Of a stretch of 64,000 nucleotides of DNA, positions 16,693 to 25,465 are shown one piece after another. The notes beneath the pieces were generated by a model. That model saw only the letters and a list, made by a program, of their open reading frames with translations, searched no databases and had not been told where the DNA came from. The number at the start of each line of letters is the position of its first letter. Position 1 is the stretch's first letter. Origin of the DNA: Lachnospiraceae bacterium (GTDB taxonomy: Bacteria > Bacillota > Clostridia > Lachnospirales > Lachnospiraceae); the NCBI GenBank assembly GCA_017438775.1, contig JAFRUR010000053.1:2812-66811 (forward strand), given 5' to 3'. Made by a program: the position numbers and the translations under genes.

Positions 16693-18336
16693 ATGTGGAG
16701 ACTCCTCTGGTGGAAACAGATCGTTCTGTTTCATAAACAGGCGAATCAGCTCATTTACTCCCTGCAGAAGCTTCCCCTGATCGGGAAAAAGGTGCCGGAA
16801 TCCTGGTACCGCATGGACGGGGCGAAGACGGCCATCGGCGCTGTCGCGACGGTGCTCGGCATCCTGTTCGAGTTCGTCAAGAAGTTCCTCTACTGCATCA
16901 TCTTTCTGGCGGGGCCGGCCATCTTCATCCAGTCCGAGATCTGGGGGCAGGAGGCGCCCGGAAACATTCTGGCCGCGATCGCGCCGATGTGCCTCTGGCT
17001 CTACTTTGTTTTGAGCAGCCTCTTCGGCGCAGTTTTCAACACGACGCTGTTCGAGGCGGGAGAGGAGGACTTCATCCTCCTGCGCCAGCTGGGCGTGAGC
17101 CCCCGGAACTATCTTGTCGGGAAGATCCTGGAGGCGAATCTCCGCATCACCGTGTTCATGATCCTGCCGCTGAGCATTCTGGTGGGTCCTCTGAAGGCGA
17201 TCCTGCTCCTCGTGATCCGATTCGGCCTGCGCTTCGCCTCGGAGGCCTTCGGCGCGCACCGCTTCGATATCGGGAAACGCCGGGATGAAAAGAGGTGGTG
17301 GGTCTATCTCATCCCGATGCTCGCCACGGCGGCGATCGCCTATGCGCTTCCGGCGCTGCTCGGCCCGGAGCGGTTCCCGCTGCTTTCCGGTGCGCTTTCC
17401 GTGCCGGTCCTGGCCGTGCTCGCGGCCCTGTCCGCGGCGGTCGGCGTCTTCTCGTGGCGCTGGCTGTGCCGGTTCAAAGGCTACGCCCGTCTGCGTCAGC
17501 GCTTTTACACCTACGAGCGCGTGATGCAAATCCAGACGGCCATGGAAGAGGCGAACAAGAACCAGATGGACAGCTACTCCTCGGAGGATGAGCTCACGCC
17601 TGCGGAACAGGCCCGCGTGTCCTTGAAGCACGGCTACGCCTATCTGCACGAGCTCTTCGTGATCCGCCACAAAAAGATCCTGCTACGGTCCACGAAAAAG
17701 AAGACCATCATCACGGCAGCGGCCTCGGCGGGCATTCTGATCGCGATGCTGTTCATCCCGCAGGAGAGGCGGGACGAGCTCTGGTCGACCTTTGTTCTGC
17801 GCGGCGGCAGCGTGATGTTCTTTATGTTTTATTTCATGTCGGGCGGCGCCCTTGTCTGCAAGGCCTTCTTTTACCACTGCGACGAGAGCATGCTGCGCTA
17901 CGGGTATTTCCGCAGGCCGGAAGCGCTGCGCGACTGTTTCCGTCTGCGTCTGAAGACGCTGTCGCTCCTGAGCGTGCTCCCTGCGGTCCCGGTGATCGCC
18001 GGCACCTTCGTGCTGCCGTTTCTGACGGGGCATGCGGACGAGATCCACCTGGCGATTCCCCTCGCCCTGGAAGCCCTGATCCTGCCGGTGTTCTTCTCCG
18101 TGTTCCATCTGTTCTGCTACTACATGTTCCAGCCCTACACCCATGACGGACAGATCAAAAGCCCGTGGTTCCGCTTCGCCAGCATGGCGATCTACATCGC
18201 GGCCTACGTGCTGCTGTACTCCGGAATCGAGAGCCTCTGGATGCCGGTCATCGTTCTGGGCGTGACCATCCTGTTCCTGGCTGTGGCGCTGTACTGTGTG
18301 ATGAGATTCGCTCCGAAGACGTTCCGAATCAAATAA
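16693..18336 (+). CDS. polytopic membrane protein, probable permease partner of the ABC ATPase
   Basis: The start is 3 nt after the ATPase stop. The 547-aa protein has many hydrophobic segments in two halves. I recognise no family. Confidence 0.65.
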   Translation: MWRLLWWKQIVLFHKQANQLIYSLQKLPLIGKKVPESWYRMDGAKTAIGAVATVLGILFEFVKKFLYCIIFLAGPAIFIQSEIWGQEAPGNILAAIAPMCLWLYFVLSSLFGAVFNTTLFEAGEEDFILLRQLGVSPRNYLVGKILEANLRITVFMILPLSILVGPLKAILLLVIRFGLRFASEAFGAHRFDIGKRRDEKRWWVYLIPMLATAAIAYALPALLGPERFPLLSGALSVPVLAVLAALSAAVGVFSWRWLCRFKGYARLRQRFYTYERVMQIQTAMEEANKNQMDSYSSEDELTPAEQARVSLKHGYAYLHELFVIRHKKILLRSTKKKTIITAAASAGILIAMLFIPQERRDELWSTFVLRGGSVMFFMFYFMSGGALVCKAFFYHCDESMLRYGYFRRPEALRDCFRLRLKTLSLLSVLPAVPVIAGTFVLPFLTGHADEIHLAIPLALEALILPVFFSVFHLFCYYMFQPYTHDGQIKSPWFRFASMAIYIAAYVLLYSGIESLWMPVIVLGVTILFLAVALYCVMRFAPKTFRIK

Positions 18337-18501
18337 GCCGGAGCCTGATCAAACGGACGTGTCTGCCAACGGCAGCTGTGTGATGGAATTGAGTGGAGAT
18401 CTGTCCGAAGAAAGGTGTCTGTTCATTTGAGGATGCCGGAGAGCCGGGCAGAAATGGTTCGAAAAGTCGTGTCTGCGCCCGCAGGGGACGGGAGATAAAT
18501 C

Positions 18502-19221
18502 GTGTTCTGGAAAGTGTTTTTGCCGGTGTCTCTTCTTGCCGGCCTGATTCATGGAATCACCGGCTTCGGTGCGGGCATCGTGGTGATGATCGCGCTGACG
18601 CAGTTTTACCCCGTGCGGGAGGGGGCAGGGATGTCCGCCCTGATCCTTCTGGGGATGATCGTCCTGATGGTCATCCGCTACCGGAAGGAGATCCGGGTCC
18701 GGCAGGCCGTTCTCCCCGCGGTGCCCTACGTCCTGTGCAGCGCCCTGGCCATCCGGCTTTCGGGCGCGATCGACGCAGGAATCATGAAACGCGCCCTGGG
18801 CGCGTTTCTGCTGGTTCTGTCCGTCTATGAACTTTTCATTGCCGGGAAGGGGGAGAAGCGGGAGATCGGGACCGCCGGCTCCTTTGCCATCGTTGCCGTC
18901 GCCGGCGTCTTTGAGGGGCTTTTCAGTATCGGCGGACCGCTGATGGTGATCTACTTCCTGCAGCGCACCGAGGATACCCGCGAGTACCTCGGCACGCTCC
19001 AGTTCTTCTTTCTGATCATTACTGTCTGCAACACAGCGCTGCGCGTGGCGGAGGGGATCCTCCGGCCGGAACACTTTCCCGTGATCGCGCTCTGCTGCGC
19101 CGGCGTGGCGGCGGGATCTCTGATCGGCGGCCTCGTGGTGGACCGTCTGGACCAGAAGGTCCTGCGCCGGATCACCTATGCGGCCATCGGCCTGGCCGGT
19201 CTGTACTACCTGATCGCCTGA
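18502..19221 (+). CDS. sulfite exporter TauE/SafE family protein
   Basis: GTG start. GLIHGITGFGAGIVVM and a second GGPLMV repeat are typical of TauE/SafE. Confidence 0.8.
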   Translation: MFWKVFLPVSLLAGLIHGITGFGAGIVVMIALTQFYPVREGAGMSALILLGMIVLMVIRYRKEIRVRQAVLPAVPYVLCSALAIRLSGAIDAGIMKRALGAFLLVLSVYELFIAGKGEKREIGTAGSFAIVAVAGVFEGLFSIGGPLMVIYFLQRTEDTREYLGTLQFFFLIITVCNTALRVAEGILRPEHFPVIALCCAGVAAGSLIGGLVVDRLDQKVLRRITYAAIGLAGLYYLIA

Positions 19222-19225
19222 CGGC

Positions 19226-19651
19226 TTATCTGCGGTACTTTTCTTCGCAGTACTTGCAGCGGTAAACTTCGTTTTCCTCGTCCGCGAGGAAGAAGACCTG
19301 CGGCAGCTCCTGCTCGATCTGCGAGATGCAGCGCGGGTTCCTGCACTTGATCACGTTGGTGAGCTTCGCGGGAAGAGAGAGCTTTTTCTTCTCGATGATT
19401 TTCTCGTTTTTGATCACATTTACGGTGATGTTGTGATCCACAAATCCGAGCACGTCAAGATCGATGTTGTCCAGGCCGCCCTCGATCTTGATGATGTCTT
19501 TCTTTCCCATCTTGCTGCTTCTGGCGTTCTTGATGATCGCCACCTGCACGTCCAGTTTATCCAGCCCCATGTAGCGGTAGATCTCCATGGATTTGCCCGC
19601 GGGGATGTGGTCCAGAACGATACCCTCTGTCAGTCCGCTGATGTTTAACAT
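19226..19651 (-). CDS. pyrI: aspartate carbamoyltransferase regulatory subunit
   Basis: GIVLDHIP and the C-terminal zinc motif CRNPRC...YRCKYC are present. It overlaps the pyrB stop. Confidence 0.93.
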   Translation of the reverse strand: MLNISGLTEGIVLDHIPAGKSMEIYRYMGLDKLDVQVAIIKNARSSKMGKKDIIKIEGGLDNIDLDVLGFVDHNITVNVIKNEKIIEKKKLSLPAKLTNVIKCRNPRCISQIEQELPQVFFLADEENEVYRCKYCEEKYRR

Positions 19652-20568
19652 ACCTTCACCTCCAGAAGCGTTGCGATGAGCGCCATGCGCACGTAGACGC
19701 CGTAGCGCGCCTGCCTGAAGTACGCCGCGCGGGGATCCGAATCGACCTCGACCGAGATCTCGTTGACGCGGGGCAGGGGATGGAGCACGAACATGTCCTC
19801 GGGCGCCAGCGCCATCTTCGCGCGGTCCAGGATGTAGCTGTCCTTCATGCGGATGTATTCTTCCTCATTGAAGAAGCGCTCTCTCTGCACGCGCGTCATG
19901 TACAGGATGTCGAGCTGCGGCAGGGCCTGCTCCAGGCTCACGACTTCCGTGTAGGGGATGTTGTTCCTCTCCAGAACCGACTCGCGCACATAGCTCGGGA
20001 TCTTGAGCTCGGGCGGGGAGATGAGCACGAAGCGGACGTTCGCGTAGCGGGACATGGCCGTCATCAGGGAGTGCACCGTGCGGCCGAACTTGAGGTCGCC
20101 GCACAGGCCGATGGTCAGGCTGTCCAGCCGGCCTTTCAGATGATAGATGGTGGACAGATCCGTCAGGGTCTGCGTGGGGTGCTGGTGGCCGCCGTCTCCC
20201 GCGTTGATGACCGGGATCAGGGAGTGCGTCGCGGCGACGAGGGGCGCGCCTTCCTTGGGGTGGCGCATCGCGCAGATGTCCGCGTAGGAAGAAATGACGC
20301 GGATGGTGTCCGCCACGCTTTCTCCCTTGGAGGCGGAAGAGGAGTCCGCGGAGGAGAAGCCGAGGACGCTGCCGCCCATGTTGAGCATGGCGGCCTCGAA
20401 GCTGAGGCGGGTGCGGGTACTGGGCTCGTAGAACAGGGTCGCGAGCTTCTTTCCGTCGCAGATGTGTGCGTATTCCGAGGGGTTGGCCTCCATCTTTCCG
20501 GCCAGTGCCAGAAGGTCGGCGGTTTCCTCCACGGAGAGATCCATGGGGTTGAGCAGATGCCTGAGCAT
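19645..20568 (-). CDS. pyrB: aspartate carbamoyltransferase catalytic subunit
   Basis: [21 protein letters not shown] and HPLPRV motifs are present. Confidence 0.95.
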   Translation of the reverse strand: MLRHLLNPMDLSVEETADLLALAGKMEANPSEYAHICDGKKLATLFYEPSTRTRLSFEAAMLNMGGSVLGFSSADSSSASKGESVADTIRVISSYADICAMRHPKEGAPLVAATHSLIPVINAGDGGHQHPTQTLTDLSTIYHLKGRLDSLTIGLCGDLKFGRTVHSLMTAMSRYANVRFVLISPPELKIPSYVRESVLERNNIPYTEVVSLEQALPQLDILYMTRVQRERFFNEEEYIRMKDSYILDRAKMALAPEDMFVLHPLPRVNEISVEVDSDPRAAYFRQARYGVYVRMALIATLLEVKVC

Positions 20569-20686
20569 AGGGCGGTCCTCCGTAAGTTGATCTTTGTCTC
20601 ATCATAACACAAACCCCCGAGGAAAAAAAGACACAGTTGCAGTTCGTCCCCTTGCGGAGGGCGTTTTTTGCTCGTATAATGGAGTC

Positions 20687-22054
20687 ATGAAAATCGTCGT
20701 CTGCGGCGCGGGAAAACTCGGCTATGCCGTGATCGCCGCGCTCAAACAGGAAGCTAAATACGAGATCATCCTGATCGACCGGGAAGAATCTGTCCTGCGG
20801 GACGCCTGCAACGCACTGGACGTGCACGGCGTCTGCGGAGATGCCGCGGAGGAAGCCGTCCTTCGCCGCGCCGGCGTTCCGGATGTGGACCTTGTGATCG
20901 CCCTCACCGGTGACGATGCGGCCAATATCCGCAGCGCGTCCACGGCGGGGGCTCTTGGCGTGTACCACACGATGGCGCGGGTGCGCGAGCCCAACCACCG
21001 CAAGGAGGGCTCGATCGTGGCGCGCCACCTCGGGATTCGCCTGGTCCTCAACCCGGAGCGCGAGGCGGCCATGGAGATCGCCCGTCTGCTGCGCCTTCCC
21101 GCAGCGGTCTATGCGGAGACTTTTGCCGCGGGCCGCGCGGAGCTCGTGGCCTTCCGCGTCACGGAGAACGACCGCGTGCTTCTCGGGAGCTCCGTGGCCA
21201 AGGTGCTGCAGACGATCCACCTGCCGGTGCTGTTCGGCATCGTCGTGCGCGGAGAGGAGACCTTCATCCCGCGCGGAGATTTTTACCTGCAGGAGGGTGA
21301 CCTGGTCTACGTGCTGGGGCAGCCCGGGGACATCATGGCCTTCTTTACGGCCATCGGAAAGTACGTCGGCAAGGTGGACCGCTGCATGATCATCGGCGGC
21401 GGAGAGATCGCCTATTACCTCGGGAAAGCCCTGGAGGGCATGGGCATCAAGTCCGCGATTATCGAGACGAATCCGGACCGCGTGGCGCTGCTGCGCGAGC
21501 TTCTCCCGGAGTGCGATATCATCCAGGGGGACGGCGCCAACGACCGCACCCTGCTGGAGCGCCACATCACCACGATGGGCGCCGTGGCGGCCCTGACCGG
21601 ACGCGACGAACAGAACCTCCTGGTCGGCATGCACGCGGGACGCATGGGCGTGGCGCGCATTATCGCGAAGATCAATCGCAGCGGGTACCGCCGCATGGCC
21701 ATGGACATGGGGATCGAGCGCATCGTGATGCCCCAGGAGATCATCGCGGAGCGCGTGATCGAATATGTGCGCGCCCTGCAGAACGGGCGCGACAGCGACC
21801 TGACAGCCATGTACCGGCTGGCGGCCGGCAAGGCGGAGGCCATGGAGTTCATGGTGGGCGAGGACTGCCCGGTGCGCGGGAAGCCGTTTTCCTCGCTGGC
21901 TTTCCGGGCCGGGGTGCTGGTGGCCTGCATCATCCGGGACAACGCCCTGATCATCCCCAGCGGAAACGATCACCTGGAGGCGGGAGACAGCGTGGTCATC
22001 CTGTCCAGCGGCGCTCACGCGGAGCGTCTCGCGGACGTGTTTGATATGGACTGA
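20687..22054 (+). CDS. trkA: Trk system potassium uptake protein TrkA (two RCK/NAD-binding repeats)
   Basis: MKIVVCGAGKLG and a second IIGGGEIAYYLG Rossmann repeat are present. The product is 455 aa from ATG 20687. Confidence 0.88.
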   Translation: MKIVVCGAGKLGYAVIAALKQEAKYEIILIDREESVLRDACNALDVHGVCGDAAEEAVLRRAGVPDVDLVIALTGDDAANIRSASTAGALGVYHTMARVREPNHRKEGSIVARHLGIRLVLNPEREAAMEIARLLRLPAAVYAETFAAGRAELVAFRVTENDRVLLGSSVAKVLQTIHLPVLFGIVVRGEETFIPRGDFYLQEGDLVYVLGQPGDIMAFFTAIGKYVGKVDRCMIIGGGEIAYYLGKALEGMGIKSAIIETNPDRVALLRELLPECDIIQGDGANDRTLLERHITTMGAVAALTGRDEQNLLVGMHAGRMGVARIIAKINRSGYRRMAMDMGIERIVMPQEIIAERVIEYVRALQNGRDSDLTAMYRLAAGKAEAMEFMVGEDCPVRGKPFSSLAFRAGVLVACIIRDNALIIPSGNDHLEAGDSVVILSSGAHAERLADVFDMD

Positions 22055-22147
22055 CCGGGAAGGACCGGTCCGAAGACCCGAAAGAGTCCGTCCGGCGCGG
22101 ACGGCTTAGGCTCAAGAGTTGCCGCGGATGCGGCAGAGGGAGGCTTT

Positions 22148-23059
22148 ATGGAGAGAAAGGATCTGTTTCTTCAGACCAACGGAGAGCGCCTGCACGTCGC
22201 GGTGTGGTATCCGGACGGAGAGGTGCGCGCCGTTCTGCAGATCGTGCACGGCATGCAGGAGTACATCGGCCGCTACGCGGAGTTTGCCGGCTTCATGGCC
22301 GGACAGGGAATTGCGGTCGTCGGCCACGATCACCCCGGCCACGGCGAGACGGCGGAAGGGAAGCAGCTTGGTTTCTTTGCGGAAAAGAACGGAGACCAGC
22401 TGGTCCTGTCGTGCATGGCCGCGGTCACGGCCTACGCGCAGAAGACCTTCCCCGGCAAGCCTCTGTTCCTGCTGGGCCACAGCATGGGTTCCTTCTTTGC
22501 CAGATACTATCTGACCCGCCGCGGCGACGTCCTGAAGGGCGCCATCATCATGGGCACGGGCCAGCAGCCCAAGGCGGCCATCACGGCGGTCTGCAAGCTG
22601 GCGGAGGCGATCTGCGCCGCCAAGGGGCCGCGCCACTGCAGCAAGTTCATCGCGAATGCGGCCAACGGCGGCTTCAACAAGAAGTTCGAGGCGGAGGGCA
22701 AAAACGCCTGGCTGTCCCACAACGAGGAATCCGTCGCGGCCTACAACCAGGATCCGTTCTGCCAGTACATGTTCTCGGCCGGCGCCTACCGCGACATGTT
22801 CCACGTCATCAAGAAACTCTCTTTTGAAGAGGACATGGACCGCATCCCGAAGGATCTGCCGGTGCTCTTTGTTTCCGGCGCGGACGACCCCGTCGGCGAT
22901 TTCGGCAAGGGGCCCAGAATTGCGGCGGACGCCATGCGCAAGTATGTGAACAGCGTGCAGCTCAAGCTCTACGACGGCATGCGCCACGAGATCCTGAACG
23001 AGCCGGACCGTCTCATGGTCTACGACGACCTGCTCGAGTTCATCGAAAAGCACATCTGA
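22148..23059 (+). CDS. alpha/beta hydrolase (lysophospholipase/monoacylglycerol-lipase-like)
   Basis: VHGMQEYIGRY, the nucleophile elbow GHSMGS and a C-terminal MRHEIL are present. Confidence 0.8.
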   Translation: MERKDLFLQTNGERLHVAVWYPDGEVRAVLQIVHGMQEYIGRYAEFAGFMAGQGIAVVGHDHPGHGETAEGKQLGFFAEKNGDQLVLSCMAAVTAYAQKTFPGKPLFLLGHSMGSFFARYYLTRRGDVLKGAIIMGTGQQPKAAITAVCKLAEAICAAKGPRHCSKFIANAANGGFNKKFEAEGKNAWLSHNEESVAAYNQDPFCQYMFSAGAYRDMFHVIKKLSFEEDMDRIPKDLPVLFVSGADDPVGDFGKGPRIAADAMRKYVNSVQLKLYDGMRHEILNEPDRLMVYDDLLEFIEKHI

Positions 23060-23160
23060 TCGGGCAGCTTCGTGGCGCCTGGCAAGGGGCGCTGCAGACG
23101 CCGCAAAAATGTTCAGATCCGCTGTCCTTCCGGCCCTGAAACGGGGCCGGAGGGGCCGCT

Positions 23161-23700
23161 GACCCATCCGGCAAATCAAATCCGGTAAATCCATTAAGTC
23201 CATTCCGTTCCATCAAATCCATTCATTCCGACAAACATATCGAACACATTATAAACACACATCCGGCATTTTCTTCACATCCAACCTGTCCATCTCATTT
23301 CATCTGTTCGATTCGTTTGATTTTTTCAACGTATTCGACCCGTTCAATTCATTCAACCCAATGAACTTCGACCCATTCAAATTTATAAAACTTATCCGGA
23401 ATTTTGATTTTTATGATGCTTCCGCAGCATATCCGAATCCTTCAGGTTTCCAAAACTTCCCAATCACCCGATCATCTCAAACATCTCAAACATTTCAAAC
23501 TCCCCAATCATCTCAAACATCTCAAACACTTCAAACATCCCAATCATCCAAATCATCCCAGACATCCCATATACATTCGAACTGTTCTGAGGTATACGCC
23601 CGCGCTTTCCGGGTCTGATCCCGTTCACATCTGTTCTTCATTTCATCGGCACATCATCTGACACATCATTGAGCACATCATCATTCACATCACAAGGAGG
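23161..23700 (+). repeat. G-depleted, AT-enriched low-complexity intergenic tract
   Basis: My hand count gives roughly one G per ten bases on the plus strand over ~540 nt, in an otherwise >60% GC window. It contains many short degenerate TCCATT / TTCAA / CATC motifs. Confidence 0.85.
23472..23570 (+). repeat. 11 tandem 9-nt units (consensus ACATCTCAA) organised as ~36-nt super-repeats
   Basis: The units read tcatctcaa acatctcaa acatttcaa actccccaa | tcatctcaa acatctcaa acacttcaa acatcccaa | tcatccaaa tcatcccag acatcccat. Confidence 0.9.
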
Positions 23701-23706
23701 AAACGC

Positions 23707-25230
23707 ATGTATCAATTTGTTTACGGCGGGACGCTGTTCGGCGTCGACGGCCGTCTGATTCGCGTGGAGGCGGACATCTCGAACGGACTGCCTTCGTTTG
23801 AAATGGGAGGGCGTCTGTCCGCGGAAGTCAAGGAGTCGCGGGAACGCGTGCGGACGGCGCTGCGCAACTCCGGCGTCCATTTGCCGGCGCGGCGGATCTC
23901 GCTGAGTCTCGCGCCCGCGGATCTCCCGAAAAGCGGAACGGGGTTCGACCTCGCGATCGCCGTCGCCCTGCTGGCGGCGCTGGAACTGTTTCCCGAGGAG
24001 AAAAAACAGGACTGTGTATTTCTGGGAGAACTGGGCTTGTCCGGAGAAGTGCGCCCCGTGCGCGGTGTCCTGCCCGTGGTCTGTACGGCGCGCGACGAGG
24101 GCCTGACCACCTGCTTTGTTCCGGTGGAGAACGTGCGGGAGGCGCGGGCGATCCCGGGGATGCGGATCGTCGGCGTGAGCAGCCTGGACCACGCGCTGCG
24201 CGTCCTGAAAGGGGAGGCCGAAGGAGAAGAGCCTCCCGCGCAGGAGGAGGCGGCCGCGGAGCGCCCGGGAGATTTCGCCGACGTCGCCGGCATGCAGACC
24301 GGGAAGCGTGCGGCGGAGATCGCCGCGGCGGGAATGCACAACCTTCTGATGATCGGGCCGCCCGGCGCGGGAAAGAGTATGCTGGCGGGGCGCATCCCGG
24401 GCATCATGCCCCCGATGACGTGGGAGGAGCGCATCGAACTGACCAAGATTTATTCGAGCCGCGGTCTCCTGCGCGGGCAGGGGCTGATCGCGGAGCGCCA
24501 GTTCCGGTCGCCTCACCACACCATCACAAAGACAGCTCTGGCCGGGGGAGGCGTCGTCCCGCGTGCGGGCGAGGTCACCCTGGCGCACCGGTCCATCCTG
24601 TTCCTGGACGAACTTCCGGAGTTCGACCCGCATGTGCTCGAGGTCCTGCGCCAGCCTCTGGAGGAGAGGCGCCTCACGGTCTCCCGCAGCAGCGGCGTCT
24701 ACACCTTTCCTGCGGACATCATGCTGGTTGCGGCGATGAATCCCTGCAAGTGCGGCTTTTACCCGGACCGCGGGCGCTGCAGCTGCTCGGAGCGCGACGT
24801 GCGCAAGTACCTGGGGCGCATCAGCCGGCCGCTTCTGGATCGATTTGACCTGTTTGTGGAGGTACCCCCGGTGCTGTATGAGCAGCTGCGCAGCACGGAG
24901 CGGGAGGAGAGTTCGGAGAAGATCCGCATTCGTGTGGCGGAGGCGCGGGAGAGGCAGATCGCGCGCCTGAAGGACAGCCACATGGTCTGCAACGCACAGA
25001 TGGGGTCGGAAGAGGTCAAGGCGTTCTGCCGCCTCGGGAGCCGCGAGGAGAGCTATCTGGAGCAGATCTACCGCACCCTGGGGTTTTCCGCGCGCGGGTA
25101 TACGCGCGTTCTCAAACTTGCCCGCACGATCGCGGACCTCTCCGGGAAGGACGAGATCGGAACGATGGAACTGTCCGAGGCGGTGTCTTTCCGCCGCGCC
25201 GGCGAGACCTTCTGGGGAAGGGGTGGCTGA
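23707..25230 (+). CDS. comM: YifB/ComM family Mg-chelatase-like AAA+ ATPase
   Basis: Walker A GPPGAGKSM, ILFLDELPEF and RFDL are present. ATG follows AGGAGG. Confidence 0.92.
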   Translation: MYQFVYGGTLFGVDGRLIRVEADISNGLPSFEMGGRLSAEVKESRERVRTALRNSGVHLPARRISLSLAPADLPKSGTGFDLAIAVALLAALELFPEEKKQDCVFLGELGLSGEVRPVRGVLPVVCTARDEGLTTCFVPVENVREARAIPGMRIVGVSSLDHALRVLKGEAEGEEPPAQEEAAAERPGDFADVAGMQTGKRAAEIAAAGMHNLLMIGPPGAGKSMLAGRIPGIMPPMTWEERIELTKIYSSRGLLRGQGLIAERQFRSPHHTITKTALAGGGVVPRAGEVTLAHRSILFLDELPEFDPHVLEVLRQPLEERRLTVSRSSGVYTFPADIMLVAAMNPCKCGFYPDRGRCSCSERDVRKYLGRISRPLLDRFDLFVEVPPVLYEQLRSTEREESSEKIRIRVAEARERQIARLKDSHMVCNAQMGSEEVKAFCRLGSREESYLEQIYRTLGFSARGYTRVLKLARTIADLSGKDEIGTMELSEAVSFRRAGETFWGRGG

Positions 25231-25334
25231 GCGGAACGTGGAGGAATGCGGACATGAAAGAGCAGAACAAGAGAGCGCGAAACGAGGAAGGACAGGACAT
25301 AGAAGAACAGGAAATGGAAGAACAGAACGTTGAA

Positions 25335-25407
25335 GGACAGGACACAGAGGGCAGGACACAGAGGGCAGGACACAGAAAGGCAGGACACGGAAGGAAAGGA
25401 CACAGAA
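25335..25407 (+). repeat. five tandem 14/15-nt purine-rich units (GGCAGGACACAGAG)
   Basis: Units start at 25335, 25350, 25364, 25379 and 25393. They sit inside a ~235-nt tract (25231-25465) that is almost free of T. Confidence 0.85.
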
Positions 25408-25465
25408 GGGAAGAAAGGCCTGCGGCAGATGAGAACACAAAACAAGGATCGGGAGGAGAGATGAT

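Noticed and set aside
20569-20686. PyrR-type attenuator upstream of pyrB.
   Set aside because: The leader implied by the minus-strand TGtTATGAT -10 is only ~35 nt. No ARUCCAGAGAGGYU-like PyrR binding loop or terminator/antiterminator pair is visible.
23472-23570. Possible CRISPR array.
   Set aside because: The units are 9 nt and directly abutting with no unique spacers, and no cas genes are present. This is a microsatellite-like tandem repeat, not CRISPR.
23361-23618. An 85-aa ORF encodes an (S/T)-x-Q tripeptide repeat (SSQTSQTFQTPQSSQTSQTLQTSQSSKSSQTS).
   Set aside because: It has no Shine-Dalgarno sequence. The peptide periodicity is simply the 9-nt DNA repeat read in frame, another overlapping frame gives an equally repetitive peptide, and the composition is unlike any gene in the window.
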